From NCBI RefSeq assembly GCF_009914755.1, contig NC_060938.1: a DNA stretch of 64,000 bases. One strand, 5' to 3'. How positions within the stretch are numbered: the stretch's first letter is position 1; the number at the start of each line of letters is the position of its first letter. Shown here piece by piece: positions 1 to 20,639 of the stretch. Below the pieces are notes generated by a model that was given only the letters and a program-made list of their open reading frames with translations, did no database searches and was not told where the DNA came from. Source of the stretch: the human T2T-CHM13v2.0 reference genome, Homo sapiens. The translations under genes were made by a program, and so were the position numbers.

Positions 1-3531
<3,531 letters not shown>

Positions 3532-4208
3532 TCCAAAAACATAATGTATGCAGGCGAGGTTGTTGAGAAAAAGGGGCGCTTATACACTGTTGGTGGGAGT
3601 GTAAATTAGTTCAACTGTCATGGAAGGCAGTGTGGCAATTCCTCCGAGATCTAAAGACAAAAATATCATTCAACTGAGCAATCTCATTACTGGATATATA
3701 CCCAGAAGAATATAAATCATTCTATCATAAAGACACATGCACTTGGATGTTCATTGTAGTACTATTCACAACAGCAAAGATGAGGAATCAACCTGTATGC
3801 CCATCCATGATAGACTGGATAAAGAAAATGTGGTGCATATACACAATAGAATATTATGCAGCCATAAAAAAGAATGAGATCATGTCCTTTGCAGGGACAT
3901 GGATGGAGCTGGAGGCTATTATCTATAGTAAACTAATGCAGAAACAGAAAACCAAATACCACGTGTTTTCGCTTATTAGTGGGAGCTAAATGATGAGAAC
4001 ACATGGACACATAGAGAACAACCACACACACTTGGGCTTATCAGAGGATGGAGGGTGGAAGGAGGGAGAAGATCAGAAAACATAACTAATGGGTACTAGG
4101 CTTAATAGCTGGGTGATTAAGTAATCTGTACAACAAACCCCCATGACGCAAGTTTACCTAAGTAACAAACCTACCTATGTACTCCTGAACTTAAAAGTTA
4201 TTAAAAAA
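3532..4208 (+). mobile_element. LINE-1 3' end, L1PA13-like (interrupted by the L1PA5 on its left)
   Basis: ORF2 C-terminus in 3747-3989 (WIKKMW...FSLISGS); 3' UTR with AACTAATGGGTACTAGGCTTAAT...GAACTTAAAAGTTA. Confidence 0.8.
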
Positions 4209-4209
4209 T

Positions 4210-5097
4210 GGCCGAAATCCAGAACATAGAAAATACCAAATTCTGTTGACATTGTAGAACAACAGGAACTCTCATCCACCACTGGTGGGAATACAAAATA
4301 GTACAGCTGCAATGAAAGACAGTTTGAGAGTTCCTACAAAACTAAACATAACTAAACATCTTATTACATGATTCAGCCATTGTGTTCCTTGGTATTTATT
4401 TACCCAAAAAAGTTGAAAATTTTGGTCAACTAATCACAAAGAAAGCTATAAGCTATCAGCAGCTTTATTCATAATTGCCAAAACTTGGAAACAACCAAGA
4501 AGTCTTTCAGTAGGTGAATGAATAAGCTGTGATACATCCAAACACTGGAATATTATTTATTGCTAAAAAAATGAACTATCAAACCATAGAAAGACATGGA
4601 GGAATATTAAATGTATCTTACTAAGTAAAAGCCATCTGAAAAGGCAACATGCTTTATTATTCCAACCATATGACATTCTGGAAAAGGCAAAACCATGGAG
4701 ACAGTAGAAAAATCAGTGGTGCCAGGGGTTAGAGAATAAGAAGGGATGAATAGGCAGAACATAGAGAACTTTTAGGACAGTGAAACTACTCTGTATGATA
4801 CTGTAATGGTGGATACATAACATTACACATTTGTCCAAACCCACAGAATGTGTAACACCAAGAGTGAACCCTCGTGTAAACTAGGGACTTTGGGTGATAA
4901 TGATGTGTCAATGTAGGTCCATTGATTGTAATGAATGCACCACTATGCTGGGGGGAGGGAATAGTATGATGATGATAAAAGAAGTTATAACACTGGGAGA
5001 GAGGGGTGGCCAGGGAGTACATGGGAAATCTCTGTACCTTTTAATTTTTCTGTGAACCAAAAGCTACTCAAAAAAATAAAATCTACTTTAAAAAAAT
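4210..5097 (+). mobile_element. LINE-1 3' end, L1MC-type
   Basis: Degenerate ORF2 end plus L1MC-like 3' UTR (GGAAAAGGCAAAACCATGGAGACAG...CAAACCCACAGAATG), AATAAA and an A-rich end. Confidence 0.75.
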
Positions 5098-5374
5098 ACA
5101 TATGTGCATATCTACCATGGTTTGCACATTTCTACCAAGGTGCCAATAAAATTTATAACTTTTAGATTAAAACAGAGAAGGGAAAGCCCACAATATTTCT
5201 AGCTGGCAATTTGTGAAAAATAAAAAATTAGATAATTACCATGTCTAATTTAAGATAGGTATAATAAAATCGATATTTTCTTAATTAAATATGCTGTTAT
5301 TACTTTTGCATTTTAGTGAGCAACAAATAAAATTATTTGATTTCTTCATTACCATTATTTGATTTATGACCATT

Positions 5375-5600
5375 CTGGTTGTTTAATGCTGTGTAACAAA
5401 TCACCCCTAGACTTAGTGGTTTTAAAACATCAACAATCACGTTACTGTCTCATAATTTCAGGGATAAGAAATTTCAAAGAGACTAAACTGGGTAGCTCTG
5501 ACTCATGGTCTCTCATGAAGCTGCTGTCAGACAATGGTTGGAGCTGGAACAGGAGCAAGTTGCAACTTCTAGGGGCCGGCCAAACCTCTTTCCTCTCATC
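5375..5600 (-). mobile_element. Old MaLR LTR fragment (MLT1-type)
   Basis: TGCTGTGTAACAAATCACCCC...CTTAGTGG resembles the reverse complement of an MLT1 3' end. Confidence 0.55.
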
Positions 5601-6069
5601 TACATTTTGTCTGTTCTGCTCAGTTAGTCCCTGTTTCTGACCATTGCCTGTTAAAATGCAAGCTATTTAATATCAGTTATATTAAATGATATGACCTTTG
5701 AGTGAACAACATTGACCTTCTGGTCTGAAGAGTTTTCCCACTGCACAAGTGACTTCTTTGCCCCCACATAAAGGACCTGAAATTGAAGACATTTCATTAT
5801 ATCACTCAGCTCAAACATCTCAATGGAGTCACGTGTTCATTATCATGGTTTAGAGGGGGAAATTGTGGCTACTTAATATTAACAGGCTGTAAGTACAATC
5901 TTGAGGACTGTGAAATTTTCCATGATCTTGGTCTTACTTCTGCTTAAGGAAATACACAACATCAACATGCAAATACAAACATTTACAACCACACTAGGTC
6001 ATCAAGACAAAATTTTGGGTTTTTTTTTCCTAATCAGTCTTATTTAAAAAGCTGACCAGAGTTTCAGGT

Positions 6070-6190
6070 TATATTATACATATATATGTATATATGTGTG
6101 TGTACATATATGTGTAAGTGTGTGTACATATAGGTATATATGTGTGTATATATATACACACACACACATATATATAAAAATGTATACACA
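6070..6190. repeat. (TA)n/(TG)n/(CA)n compound microsatellite
   Basis: Alternating purine-pyrimidine run seen directly. Confidence 0.9.
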
Positions 6191-7479
6191 TTATAGAGTA
6201 TGCATTTAAAATGAAGATTCTTGCCTTGACTTTTTATTAGCACACATTTCTTTTCCTGGTTAATAACCTAATGCAGTTGATCAGAAGCAGATCTGCCTAT
6301 GCATTTAATTTAAAGGATAACTAAAGTCTTCTATGACCCTGACTTTCTCTCCCACTCTCTAAGTAGTTAGAATCAGAGGAACTGGCATTTTGAGTAAACT
6401 TTATCTCTTACAAGTTATCTGAGTCTAAAATACTCTTGGCTCATACTCAAATTCTTCAGCTCATATGGTCTACAATGTTGTGTAGTTTGGCCTCTGATCT
6501 CAGTATTATCAAACAGAAGACACTGATCAATCTTAATAGTTGTAATTACATAAAAATACATTATTACCAGCTTCTCTTAGCCTTCTGTCCATTTTGTTAA
6601 TCACAGCACCAGTTTATTCATTTGTCTATAGTCTCTGCCCAAACACCAGGTACACTAGACCAGGTACACTTGGGTTACACCCAAGGTACACTAAAACAAA
6701 TTTTTAAGAAAAAAGAAAGAAAAGAAAAATGGTAACGTTTCTGTCTGGGAATGGAGAAGAAAACTTATCAGAAGGCAGGTAAGATCAATATGTTCAGCCC
6801 ATGATCTGACTGAGTCATTATTCATTTCTTCAGCAAGCATTACTCAGTATAAATCACATCCCATGTGAAAGACACGTTCTATATGTACCCATCATGTTTT
6901 TTAAGCAAGTGCAAAGATGTTATTTCCTCCATTCAGGATAGATGAGAGATGAGACAAGCTTTGGACCTTGATTGTCTTTCAGGAAGTCCTGAAAGAAGAA
7001 CTCAGAGCAAAATTTGACTTCAAAAAAAATAGCCTTCTCTCAGTTGGGTAATCTTTTGTATTTCTAAATATCGCCATAGTTTTCCATTATCTTTCTTAAT
7101 AATCTACAATACTATTTACTTATGTCAAGGAAATTGCTCAGGGCACTTGTTTAGAAGGCTTATAGTATACTTGAGCCTTCAAGAGCTTCAATTAAAGTGG
7201 TAATTATATTTATTCCTAGATAAAGCCAAGCTCCCTAACTGTGCCAATTTGTATATAAAAATGTGTATACATGTGTCTGTTCACACGCACAAATTTTTAT
7301 CTGTGTTTCCAATCCTTAACAAGTTTCAATATGAAATTTGTTTATTGATCCTCACAAAGGAATTGAGAAGAATTAAAAGCAATTGTATACCCTTACCCTA
7401 GAAATTAAGGCATATCTACATTTATCTAACTAGGTAATATACAAATCAAGGTTATGTCGTAGAAGCAGAACTGCTACAA

Positions 7480-7970
7480 ATTATATAGACTGTGCAGTTT
7501 AGTATAGTTTCAACTGTATGCGATTTTGGGAGCTACTGAAGCATCTACACAAGCTGTTGTTTCTGTTGTCTACTTTGATTCTGACTGGTCAGCCAGACTG
7601 GCAGTCAGGAAGGAAAACTGGATATGGATAAGAGCAAGGACCATCTTGAACCTACAAAGATGGACGAAGACACATAGGTCAACTGAAACCTATAAGGACA
7701 AACTGGAACTTGTATCTGTCTCTGAACATATTCAGCTTCAATAATATGGATCTTCAGGAGTCAGTGGCTTTGACATGTAGTTGCATATACACTAGCGCAT
7801 GAGCTAGATTGGTGCCCTGCACAAGCCTTCAGAGTTGCTTCATTTCTGTCTTTCAAATATTGTACAAAATATTTTCCATGGCCTATACAAAACCAGATTT
7901 ATGCAAGAAAGTGTGATCTAGAGAACATACTTAAGCTTAGATAAGTTGGCCTAGTACAGAGCCACCACAG
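7480..7970. mobile_element. Probable old ERVL-type LTR
   Basis: End motif GCTTAGATAAGTTGGCCTAGTACAGAGCCACCACA resembles ERVL LTR ends; family uncertain. Confidence 0.35.
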
Positions 7971-10464
7971 AGAGATATATAGTAGAATCCAATTCTCCTA
8001 AGTCTTTTCTCATTCCATTTGCCAAGGTTAATGTCCAACAATGGACTGACGTACAGTATTGGCCACAGAAGCAGAGCCTAGCAGGCAGACCACAAGAAAT
8101 TAAAAAAATTGAATTCAGTTGGGGTGGGATAACTTCTATAGTGGTATGACAAAGTCAACCACCCTTGCTCAACAAGTAGGAAGAAAGAGTCTTGTATTCT
8201 GGTTTATGCGCCAGGCATATTTCAGTAGAATATTAATCCTTGCTTTGACCCTCACTGCCTTTCATTGTTTATTCCATTAGTTCAATAAACTGCTCTCTTC
8301 AGGCAGTTCTTAGAAAGTAAATTACAAAAATAGTTGTGATGAGTAATTATCTAAATGTTATCATTTGCTTTGCTTCAGAGAAATTAATTATATCCTGTAT
8401 TGAGCTATTGGATTCCTGACCATATGGAAAACCAGTGTGTGGCCAGGGAATAAGATGCTATTAAATATGCCTTACTCCCTTTGATCTCCTACATTTAGGA
8501 TTTGTCTACCTAATTAGCAAGACAATAGAGAACAAATCTAAGTCATTAGGAAACAGTGCATTATAAAATATTCTCATTTCTCCAGATTTCTTATTTTGCT
8601 CATTTCTGATTTAACATTTTTCCTAAATTTTCTCCATCTCCTAATTATCGGGGACCTGGGCCTTAGGAACCATGGCCAAGCCTAAATGTTGTGCATGACA
8701 TTGCTGCCTATTTGCACTATGTGGAGCCTGGAGGAACTACACAACACGACATGTCCTGGAGGAAAAGGAAAACAGAGTCAAGTAGTTCTTCTACATGATT
8801 CCAAGGGGCTAGAGAGAAAGTGAAAATTCAGGTTTACAGAAATAAGGTAAACACAGGAGGGTGAGAGCAGATGAAGAGATGGGGATAATGGCAGAAGTAA
8901 AGCGCACATCTCAAAATCTTCCAAGCAGGCTTCATCTTCATGTATGGACAAGGAGAGCCCCTGTACCACGAACTTCTAGAAGAACTATGTAGGCTCAATA
9001 GGAAAAAAATTAGACTCAAACCCTGGAGAGACCTAGGTCTACAACAAATGCACATGATGGCAGTTATTACACCGAGCCTGAGGTTTAAAGTAGACAAAGA
9101 ATCAGAGCCAAATCTTGTAGGGAATGTAAAAGCAGAGTCCAAGCCTTGGCGCTTCCTCCAGTGTACACTGAAGCTTTTAGTCCTCTACCCTATGTACGCA
9201 CTGTGACCACACATAGGCCACTCTTCCCTACTGCTATAATACTAACATTGAGTTGTTAAAACCTTACAGTACTTGATCAGTACCAAAATGTGATCGTTTT
9301 AGTATTTTTCCACCATGTCTAGTGCTACATAATAAGCAAACAACTCAGGAAGACTATTATGCAGGAGATATTTTTCTGGTTAGTCATCACAGTGTTCAGG
9401 TTTACTGGTGGACTAGCAGTGGAGCAGCTGATGTGAATGAGGGATGCTCAGCACCTGAGCTTGGAGCTGGGGCAATATTTGCTTTTAGAATAGTGGCTGC
9501 TACTCCCCACCCAAAGCCCCAGAACAGGCCTATATTTTTCCTCTTTGATCAGCTTTTCTCCCCTCCCTGAACAAACAAGGACAAGTATGGAAAACTGGAG
9601 GATTATATCAGATCCTCTAGAGAATCTCAGGAGATTTAGGAGAAAATACAGAAAATAACACAGTATTCTAAAAACAAATAAACACACGCCCTTTCTTCTG
9701 AGGAAAGAAAAAGTTAAATTTACCCTAAAGTCACCCAAACATGTGGTGAGGATTTCATCTCATTCACTGCTAGAATTCACACATGGCTGAACGGGCAGGT
9801 GGACTGACCAAGGTCCATTTGCAAGGAGATTGAAAACTTAAGGAAACTCATCCCAAGAGAGAAAGATAAGCTGACCCAGATTCGATTTTTTAATTGCCGG
9901 AGAGGGCAGTGATAGGTTCAGTGTGATGGATAGTATTTGAATTTTCCCTGTTTCCTTTATAGCATTTTGCCTACTTTGCAGGGAGAGAGAAGGACATAAT
10001 TAAACATTGAAAAGGCTGTTTCAATAAATTCCATAATGGTTTAGGACCCCTATATCTCCACTGAGACACAGAAGGGCTTGAAATGCTGACATCTCTTTTT
10101 ATCACAGATACCCTTGAAAATGTAGCATCATGTATTCTTCAGCTTTCCAGTGACAGTAACAAGTAGAAGGTGACACCCACAAGAGTCATGGCAAGTCTAC
10201 TAGAAACAGACTTATTGGTGAATACCTGGAAATTCTCCCTGGGGATACCCCAAAACACTTAATTTTGAGAAGGGCCTCAAATATTGAAATACTTTGAAAT
10301 ATTTGAAACATTTAAAATATTTTCAAAGGGCCTGGGTATCTTGCATCAGAAAGTATGAGCAAGATCCAATTAAATTTGAGTTATTGTGTGACCATTTACC
10401 TACCCAGATATTAATGAGGTTTGGGGAATTTGGGTTAATAAAAATAATTGGGAACCTTACTAGT

Positions 10465-10850
10465 TTTCTATGGCTGACATAACAATTATTATGAAAAAAC
10501 TGGGTGGCTTAGAACAAACTAATTTTATTATTTTACCTTTTTGGAGGCTAGTTCAAAATCAAGGTATCAGCAGGGTTGGTTCCTTCTAGAGGCCCTGAGG
10601 GAGAATCTGATGGAGGCATCTTCTCTAGTTTCTGGTGGGTGCTCTAGTCTCTGTCTATGTCTCCACATGACATTTTCCTCTGTCCTCTTCTATTATAAGG
10701 ATACCAGTCATTGGATTAAGGGCCCACCCTAAGTCAGTATGACCTCATGCTAACTAATTACATCTACAAAAACCCTATTTCCTAATAAGTTCACATTCTG
10801 ATGTTCCAGTGAACATGAATTTTGAGAGGACACTAGATAACCCAATATAG
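10465..10850 (-). mobile_element. MaLR solo LTR (MLT1B/C-like)
   Basis: CTGGGTGGCTTAGAAC...CAAGGTATCAGCAGGGTTGGTTCCTTCT...CAGTCATTGGATTAAGGGCCCACCCT...CCCTATTTCC. Confidence 0.8.
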
Positions 10851-12865
10851 GAACAGATCTATTAGGTTTTTCTTGTAATTACTTTTTAATAGCCTATTTT
10901 TCATAAATGAAAAGATAACACTTGCTGTATTGTTGACATATGCAAAACAATGTTGAATTTGGAGTCAGTTATCTATGTATTATGGATAATGTATTTTGTA
11001 ACATAATGGACAAGATATGTTGTGCATTATGGACAAAATGTCTTGTAAGATTCAATGACTTTTATCTTAAAGTTTGTCAGAATATTTATACTTTTAAAAT
11101 TTCTGACTTGAACAGCAACCCTGAATCATCCAAGGGAACAAATGTCTGTTTCAAGTCACAGTTGAAACAAAACCTGCATAAGTCCTCTTCGTAATTCATC
11201 TATAAAATGGATTATAGGAAATTCTACTTTTGATTAATTATTCCAAATGGCATTCCCCTGGGTGTTCATTAAGAGTTCTAGAACTTAATTTATGTAGCAT
11301 TCCATTCTTATGCTTAGTTTAGGATGGCTCGTGATAAATCAATTTATTAAAAAATAAAAAATTAAGGTCATATCAGACTTCAGAAGAAGGGTCTAGAGAA
11401 GCTGCCCCAATCAACAGTTTCAAAGAATGTGGCTAGGAACAGCCAACCATGACAAAACCAGATAAAAGATAAAAGAGAGTCTGAGATTCTAAAACATCCA
11501 CTTTCAGTTGGCTTAGTTTTTCTTTTATCCAATACAGGATAAAAAGGAGAAATCTGTATACAAGTAATTTATACTTCTGGTACTTTTTTAAATCATCTTG
11601 TAATCTCTAGCTCTAAAGGAAATGGCAAGAGCCCAAAGCCATCATTGCTAGCATTCCCATTTGAAGTATGAATAACCTGTTCCACTTTCATCTCCTTGAG
11701 CTACTTTGCATTATTCACATCTTTGCTTCATACTACTTTCTATCAATTTTCTTTTGCATAATTTATCAGGAACTAAAATTAGCTGGGTTATTGGCAAATG
11801 AGATGTTGCTAGTTTTGTGTAACTATGTCTTAAATTTTTTTCTCTAGCACAGCTTATAAACTCTCCAGTTAACATAAAAACCATATGAAGAAGGAAAAAG
11901 CCTTTAAATAAATGAGAACTGATGAGGTAATTTGGGATGCCATAAATACACGTTTTTGCTTTTTCAAACACGGTCACCACTTTTGTTTTATATTTAGTTC
12001 TAAAGGTTTCACCTCCCTTAATTGACTGAAATCTTTGAGGCCAACAGTTGAGGCTTATTTAAATTTGGGGTCAGGTTTTGGCATTGTGCATAACATAGAA
12101 GAGCAGCATTTGAGGAGCGTTTGTTGACTCGATTGGGAAGTCATGTTAAGACCATATACTATTTTTACAGACAGGATGCCTTCTTTTTGCCCCAAAAAAG
12201 GAAGTTTGGGTTATTTTCTAGGCTTCTTCAGGGGAGCAATGGTGGAACATAAGCTCTGAGGAAGCTTTTTTTCTTTTTTCCCTGAGGTCCTCTTTGGTAG
12301 TGAACCACTCCCATTAGGTGGGCCTGCCCTTTAAGAGCTCAGAAATCTGTTCTACAATGTCAAAGAAAGCTGATAAAGTAAATAGAGGGTTTATAATCCA
12401 TCATTCTAATTCTACGTGGAGCTTTGAAGTGATTGTAAATAAAGTTAATCTTATTTCTACTGTACTTAGCTTGTGTCATTGCCATAGTTATTGTATATTT
12501 AAGTGCATTATAACTAAAAAAGTCTAGTTGCTTGCAATCATTTAAACAATTACCAGTTGACCATTGTATCACAAGTTTAAATATAAATGGATAGGAATAT
12601 GAATTTGCTACACAGGAAACAAAACTTTATGCTGGTAATTTCCTCTAGCAGCTACTTTTATGCCTGAAACCTGGAATAGACAACTCATTTTCTAGCATTC
12701 AAAACAAAATATCTAAGAGGAAGAACTCCTATAAACAGTATTCTTCCATTACTGACAAGAAAAACCACTGCCTTTATTCGTGATGAAAACCAAAGTCACC
12801 AGAGGGAGAAGTTGATGCTCCTGGCAGGTGAAGGAAATGTCAGTTTTAGAACTTAGTGAAGGATA

Positions 12866-13746
12866 GGGAGGAGCCAAGATGGCCGAATAGGAACAGCTCC
12901 GGTCTACAGCTCCCAGCGTGAGCGACGCAGAAGACGGGTGACTTCTGCATTTCCATCTGAGGTACCGGGTTCATCTCACTAGGGAGTGCCAGACAGTGGG
13001 CGCAGGCCAGTGTGTGTGCGCACCGTGCGCGAGCCGAAGCAGGGCGAGGCACTGCCTCACCTGGGAAGCGCAAGGGGTCAGGGAGTTCCCTTTCCGAGTC
13101 AAAGAAAGGGGTGACGGACGCACCTGGAAAATCGGGTCACTCCCACCCGAATATTGCGCTTTTCAGACCGGCTTAAGAAACGGCACACCACGAGACTACA
13201 TCCCACACCTGGCTCAGAGGGTCCTACGCCCACGGAATCTCGCTGCAATCAAACTGCAAGGCGGCAGCGAGGCTGGGGGAGGGGCGCCCGCCATTGCCCA
13301 GGCTTGCTTAGGTAAACAAAGCAGCCGGGAAGCTCGAACTGGGTGGAGCCCACCACAGCTCAAGGAGGCCTGCCTGCCTCTGTAGGCTCCACCTCTGGGG
13401 GCAGGGCACAGACAAACAAAAAGACAGCAGTAACCTCTGCAGACTTAAGTGTCCCTGTCTGACAGCTTTGAAGAGAGCAGTGGTTCTCCCAGCACGCAGC
13501 TGGAGATCTGAGAACGGGCAGACTGCCTCAAGTGGGTCCCTGACCCCTGACCCCCGAGCAGCCTAACTGGGAGGCACCCCCCAGCAGGGGCACACTGACA
13601 CCTCACACGGCAGGGTATTCCAACAGACCTGCAGCTGAGGTTCCTGTCTGTTAGAAGGAAAACTAACAACCAGAAAGGACATCTACACCGAAAACCCATC
13701 TGTACATCACCATCATCAAAGACCAAAAGTAGATAAAACCACAAAG
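12866..13746 (+). promoter_or_regulatory. L1 5' UTR: CpG-rich internal sense promoter and antisense promoter, with YY1 site
   Basis: YY1 motif CAAGATGGC 12875-12883; CpG-rich; antisense splice donors retained (CCG|GTACCT near 12965, CAG|GTGCGT near 13123). Confidence 0.85.
13214..13294 (-). pseudogene. L1 ORF0 truncated to 26 aa by a frameshift
   Basis: MAGAPPPASLPPCSLI then AARFRGRRTL*; about 22 nt of consensus replaced by CA near 13246. Confidence 0.8.
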
Positions 13747-14763
13747 ATGGGGAAAAAACAGAACAGAAAAACTGGAAACTCTAAAATGCAGAGCGCCTCT
13801 CCTCCTCCAAAGGAACGCAGTTCCTCACCAGCAACAGAACAAAGCTGGATGGAGAATGATTTTGACGAGCTGAGAGAAGAAGGCTTCAGACGATCAAATT
13901 ACTCTGAGCTACGGGAGGACATTCAAACCAAAGGCAAAGAAGTTGAAAACTTTGAAAAAAATTTAGAAGAATGTATAACTAGAATAACCAATACAGAGAA
14001 GTGCTTAAAGGAGCTGATGGAGCTGAAAACCAAGGCTCGAGAACTACGTGAAGAATGCAGAAGCCTCAGGAGCCGATGCGATCAACTGGAAGAAAGGGTA
14101 TCAGCAATGGAAGATGAAATGAATGAAATGAAGCGAGAAGGGAAGTTTAGAGAGAAAAGAATAAAAAGAAATGAGCAAAGCCTCCAAGAAATATGGGACT
14201 ATGTGAAAAGACCAAATCTACGTCTGATTGGTGTACCTGAAAGTGATGTGGAGAATGGAACCAAGTTGGAAAACACTCTGCAGGATATTATCCAGGAGAA
14301 CTCCCCCAATCTAGCAAGGCAGGCCAACGTTCAGATTCAGGAAATACAGAGAACGCCACAAAGATACTCCTCGAGAAGAGCAACTCCAAGACACATAATT
14401 GTCAGATTCACCAAAGTTGAAATGAAGGAAAAAATGTTAAGGGCAGCCAGAGAGAAAGGTCGGGTTACCCTCAAAGGAAAGCCCATCAGACTAACAGCGG
14501 ATCTCTCGGCAGAAACCCTAGAAGCCAGAAGAGAGTGGGGGCCCATATTCAACATTCTTAAAGAAAAGAATTTTCAACCCAGAATTTCATATCCAGCCAA
14601 ACTAAGCTTCATAAGTGAAGGAGAAATAAAATACTTTATAGACAAGCAAATGCTGAGAGATTTTGTCACCACCAGGCCTGCCCTAAAAGAGCTCCTGAAG
14701 GAAGCACTAAACATGGAAAGGAACAACCGGTACCAGCCGCTGCAAAATCATGCCAAAATGTAA
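13747..14763 (+). CDS. LINE-1 ORF1p (338 aa, RNA-binding chaperone), intact
   Basis: Full-length MGKKQNRK...NHAKM; REKG, ARR and YPAKLS motifs intact; 63-bp inter-ORF spacer follows. Confidence 0.95.
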   Translation: MGKKQNRKTGNSKMQSASPPPKERSSSPATEQSWMENDFDELREEGFRRSNYSELREDIQTKGKEVENFEKNLEECITRITNTEKCLKELMELKTKARELREECRSLRSRCDQLEERVSAMEDEMNEMKREGKFREKRIKRNEQSLQEIWDYVKRPNLRLIGVPESDVENGTKLENTLQDIIQENSPNLARQANVQIQEIQRTPQRYSSRRATPRHIIVRFTKVEMKEKMLRAAREKGRVTLKGKPIRLTADLSAETLEARREWGPIFNILKEKNFQPRISYPAKLSFISEGEIKYFIDKQMLRDFVTTRPALKELLKEALNMERNNRYQPLQNHAKM

Positions 14764-14826
14764 AGACCATCGAGACTAGGAAGAAACTGCATCAACTAAT
14801 GAGCAAAATCACCAGCTAACATCATA

Positions 14827-18650
<3,824 letters not shown>

Positions 18651-20639
18651 ACAATGAGATCACATGGACACAGGAAGGGGAATATCACACTCTGGGGACT
18701 GTGGTGGGGTCGGGGGAGGGGGGAGGGATAGCATTGGGAGATATACCTAATGCTAGATGACACGTTAGTGGGTGCAGCGCACCAGCATGGCACATGTATA
18801 CATATGTAACTAACCTGCACAATGTGCACATGTACCCTAAAACTTAGAGTATAATAAAAAAAAAAAATTAAAAAAAAAAAAAAAAAAAAAAGAACTTAGT
18901 GAAGCCTGGTTTTCACATCTTTCTTTCACAGCCTCAGGCACTTTCTAAAGCAGGCTTAGGGCCAGACCACAGTCTTGATATGAAATCAGCTCCTCTAGTT
19001 TAGATCCCTCTGAGAAAGGATGCTCTATCATAAAAAGTTTATTTTTGTATATTAAAAATAAAATATTGTATTTAAGAATGCTCTAGAATTTACAGTATTC
19101 CTGAAGGTCCTAGAGATGATGGCATTTAAAGCCCATTGCGCAGTACATTGCCGCTAACGTACACATTCAAATAAACTTCATATATTACAAAATTGCTTCT
19201 CTCAAAGGCAAAATAATAGCTGTACGTACAATCTAATACTTTATTATTCATGATCTAGCAGGTGATTGTGGTTCAGCATGCTAACCATAACGTAACAATT
19301 ATAATAGATTATAGCAGTTTCCATTATAATTATTAGCAGTATTATAATGTTAGCAATGTTCTAACAGTTCAAATTAAGCTTATATTTGTAAAAGCAGTAT
19401 ACTTCATGAGAACATGGAATTAACTAGAACTGCCATGGTTAATGGGAATATGATGGAAGGCTGAACTTCAATATCATCTAATGCAGTATTATTACCATTA
19501 ATGAAATCTAGTTCTATGCAAGAACAAATAAATGCAAAACAAGACAAACAGAAAAACCTCAGGGACAGGCCATACTTCTCTTTAACTTGCCAGTAGCACA
19601 TCTAGAGGGCAAATTTTGCCAATAGGTTACTTAGAGGATAAAACTGTGTTCCATGTACCACAATTTCATAGTTATTATGATTATGTACTAAAAACTCAGT
19701 TTTTGACTTGAACTAGAGGGAAATGTATATAACCATAGTGACTAATGTAAGGAAGTAGACCATCCTTGAAATATTTACCACAGCTTTTATAATGTGGTAT
19801 TTACTCTTAATTGACATCATGACAATGAATCTTTGCATTGATATCCTAAAGTACTGACAAAATCTGCTGAATTATATGTAAGGGAGAGGTCAAGGTGCTG
19901 TTTATCATAACAAATGATAATTAGAAACAGATTCTTTAAAAACATTGAGGAATCCCAGAACTAAAATGCTCTTTGGGAAATTACCTAGCCCATCTCAAAG
20001 CATAAGGTAGTATCATAGCTAAGTATCTACCCTACTTTAGAAAGTGGATAGTCCAATAATTTCTTCATTATTCCAGTGAAATATTTAACAGCCCTTTGAT
20101 CTAGGAAATTATTCCACCTAATCAAGAAACTGTAGGTCTCAGCAAAAATTCTTTTGTTTTCTATTGTTATACAATATAATAAAGAGAAAACTCTGGCATA
20201 AATAGAGAGTGAGCAAGGTTTGACTTTTCTACGTCCAAATGAAAATGAACACATGAAATATATTTGAAAGTGGCTCTGGAGGAAATAGCTTCTGGGGCTG
20301 GGCTCTTCCTTCTTTTGTTGAACCAACCCACCTTCAGTGTCCAGTCAATTTTCCTCCTTCAAACTTTGATCATCATTGGCAACAGAATGACCAAACTGAG
20401 TGCCCTAGGTTGGGAAAGAAGGACCATCTTTATTCAAGTACTTTTGTAAATACTTGTCTCTCTCAGCATATATCTCTTCTGGATATATTCACATTTTCTT
20501 CCTGGACAATTTTTGAGGGCATTTGATTGATTTTTTTTTCCATTACTAAAATTAGCAGCATATTCTTTTCCCCTAAACTTCCCTCCATGAGTTTAAACAG
20601 GAACTTCCAACTTGTTGTCCTAGCATTTTAATTTTTTAA

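Noticed and set aside
6645-6693. Short repeated CAGGTACACT units, considered as a CRISPR-like array
   Set aside because: Only 3-4 degenerate ~12-bp units without unique spacers in eukaryotic DNA; a small slippage duplication.
8940-9206. 88-aa ORF as a novel gene or pseudogene
   Set aside because: No recognisable motif; the DNA resembles degraded antisense L2 and the ORF length is within chance.
18762-18764. Calling the full-length L1 an active Ta element
   Set aside because: The diagnostic trinucleotide is ACG (pre-Ta), not ACA, and ORF2 has three inactivating lesions.
19275-19360. Imperfect AT-rich inverted repeat (TGCTAAC...GTTAGCA)
   Set aside because: Arms too short and low in complexity to separate from chance.
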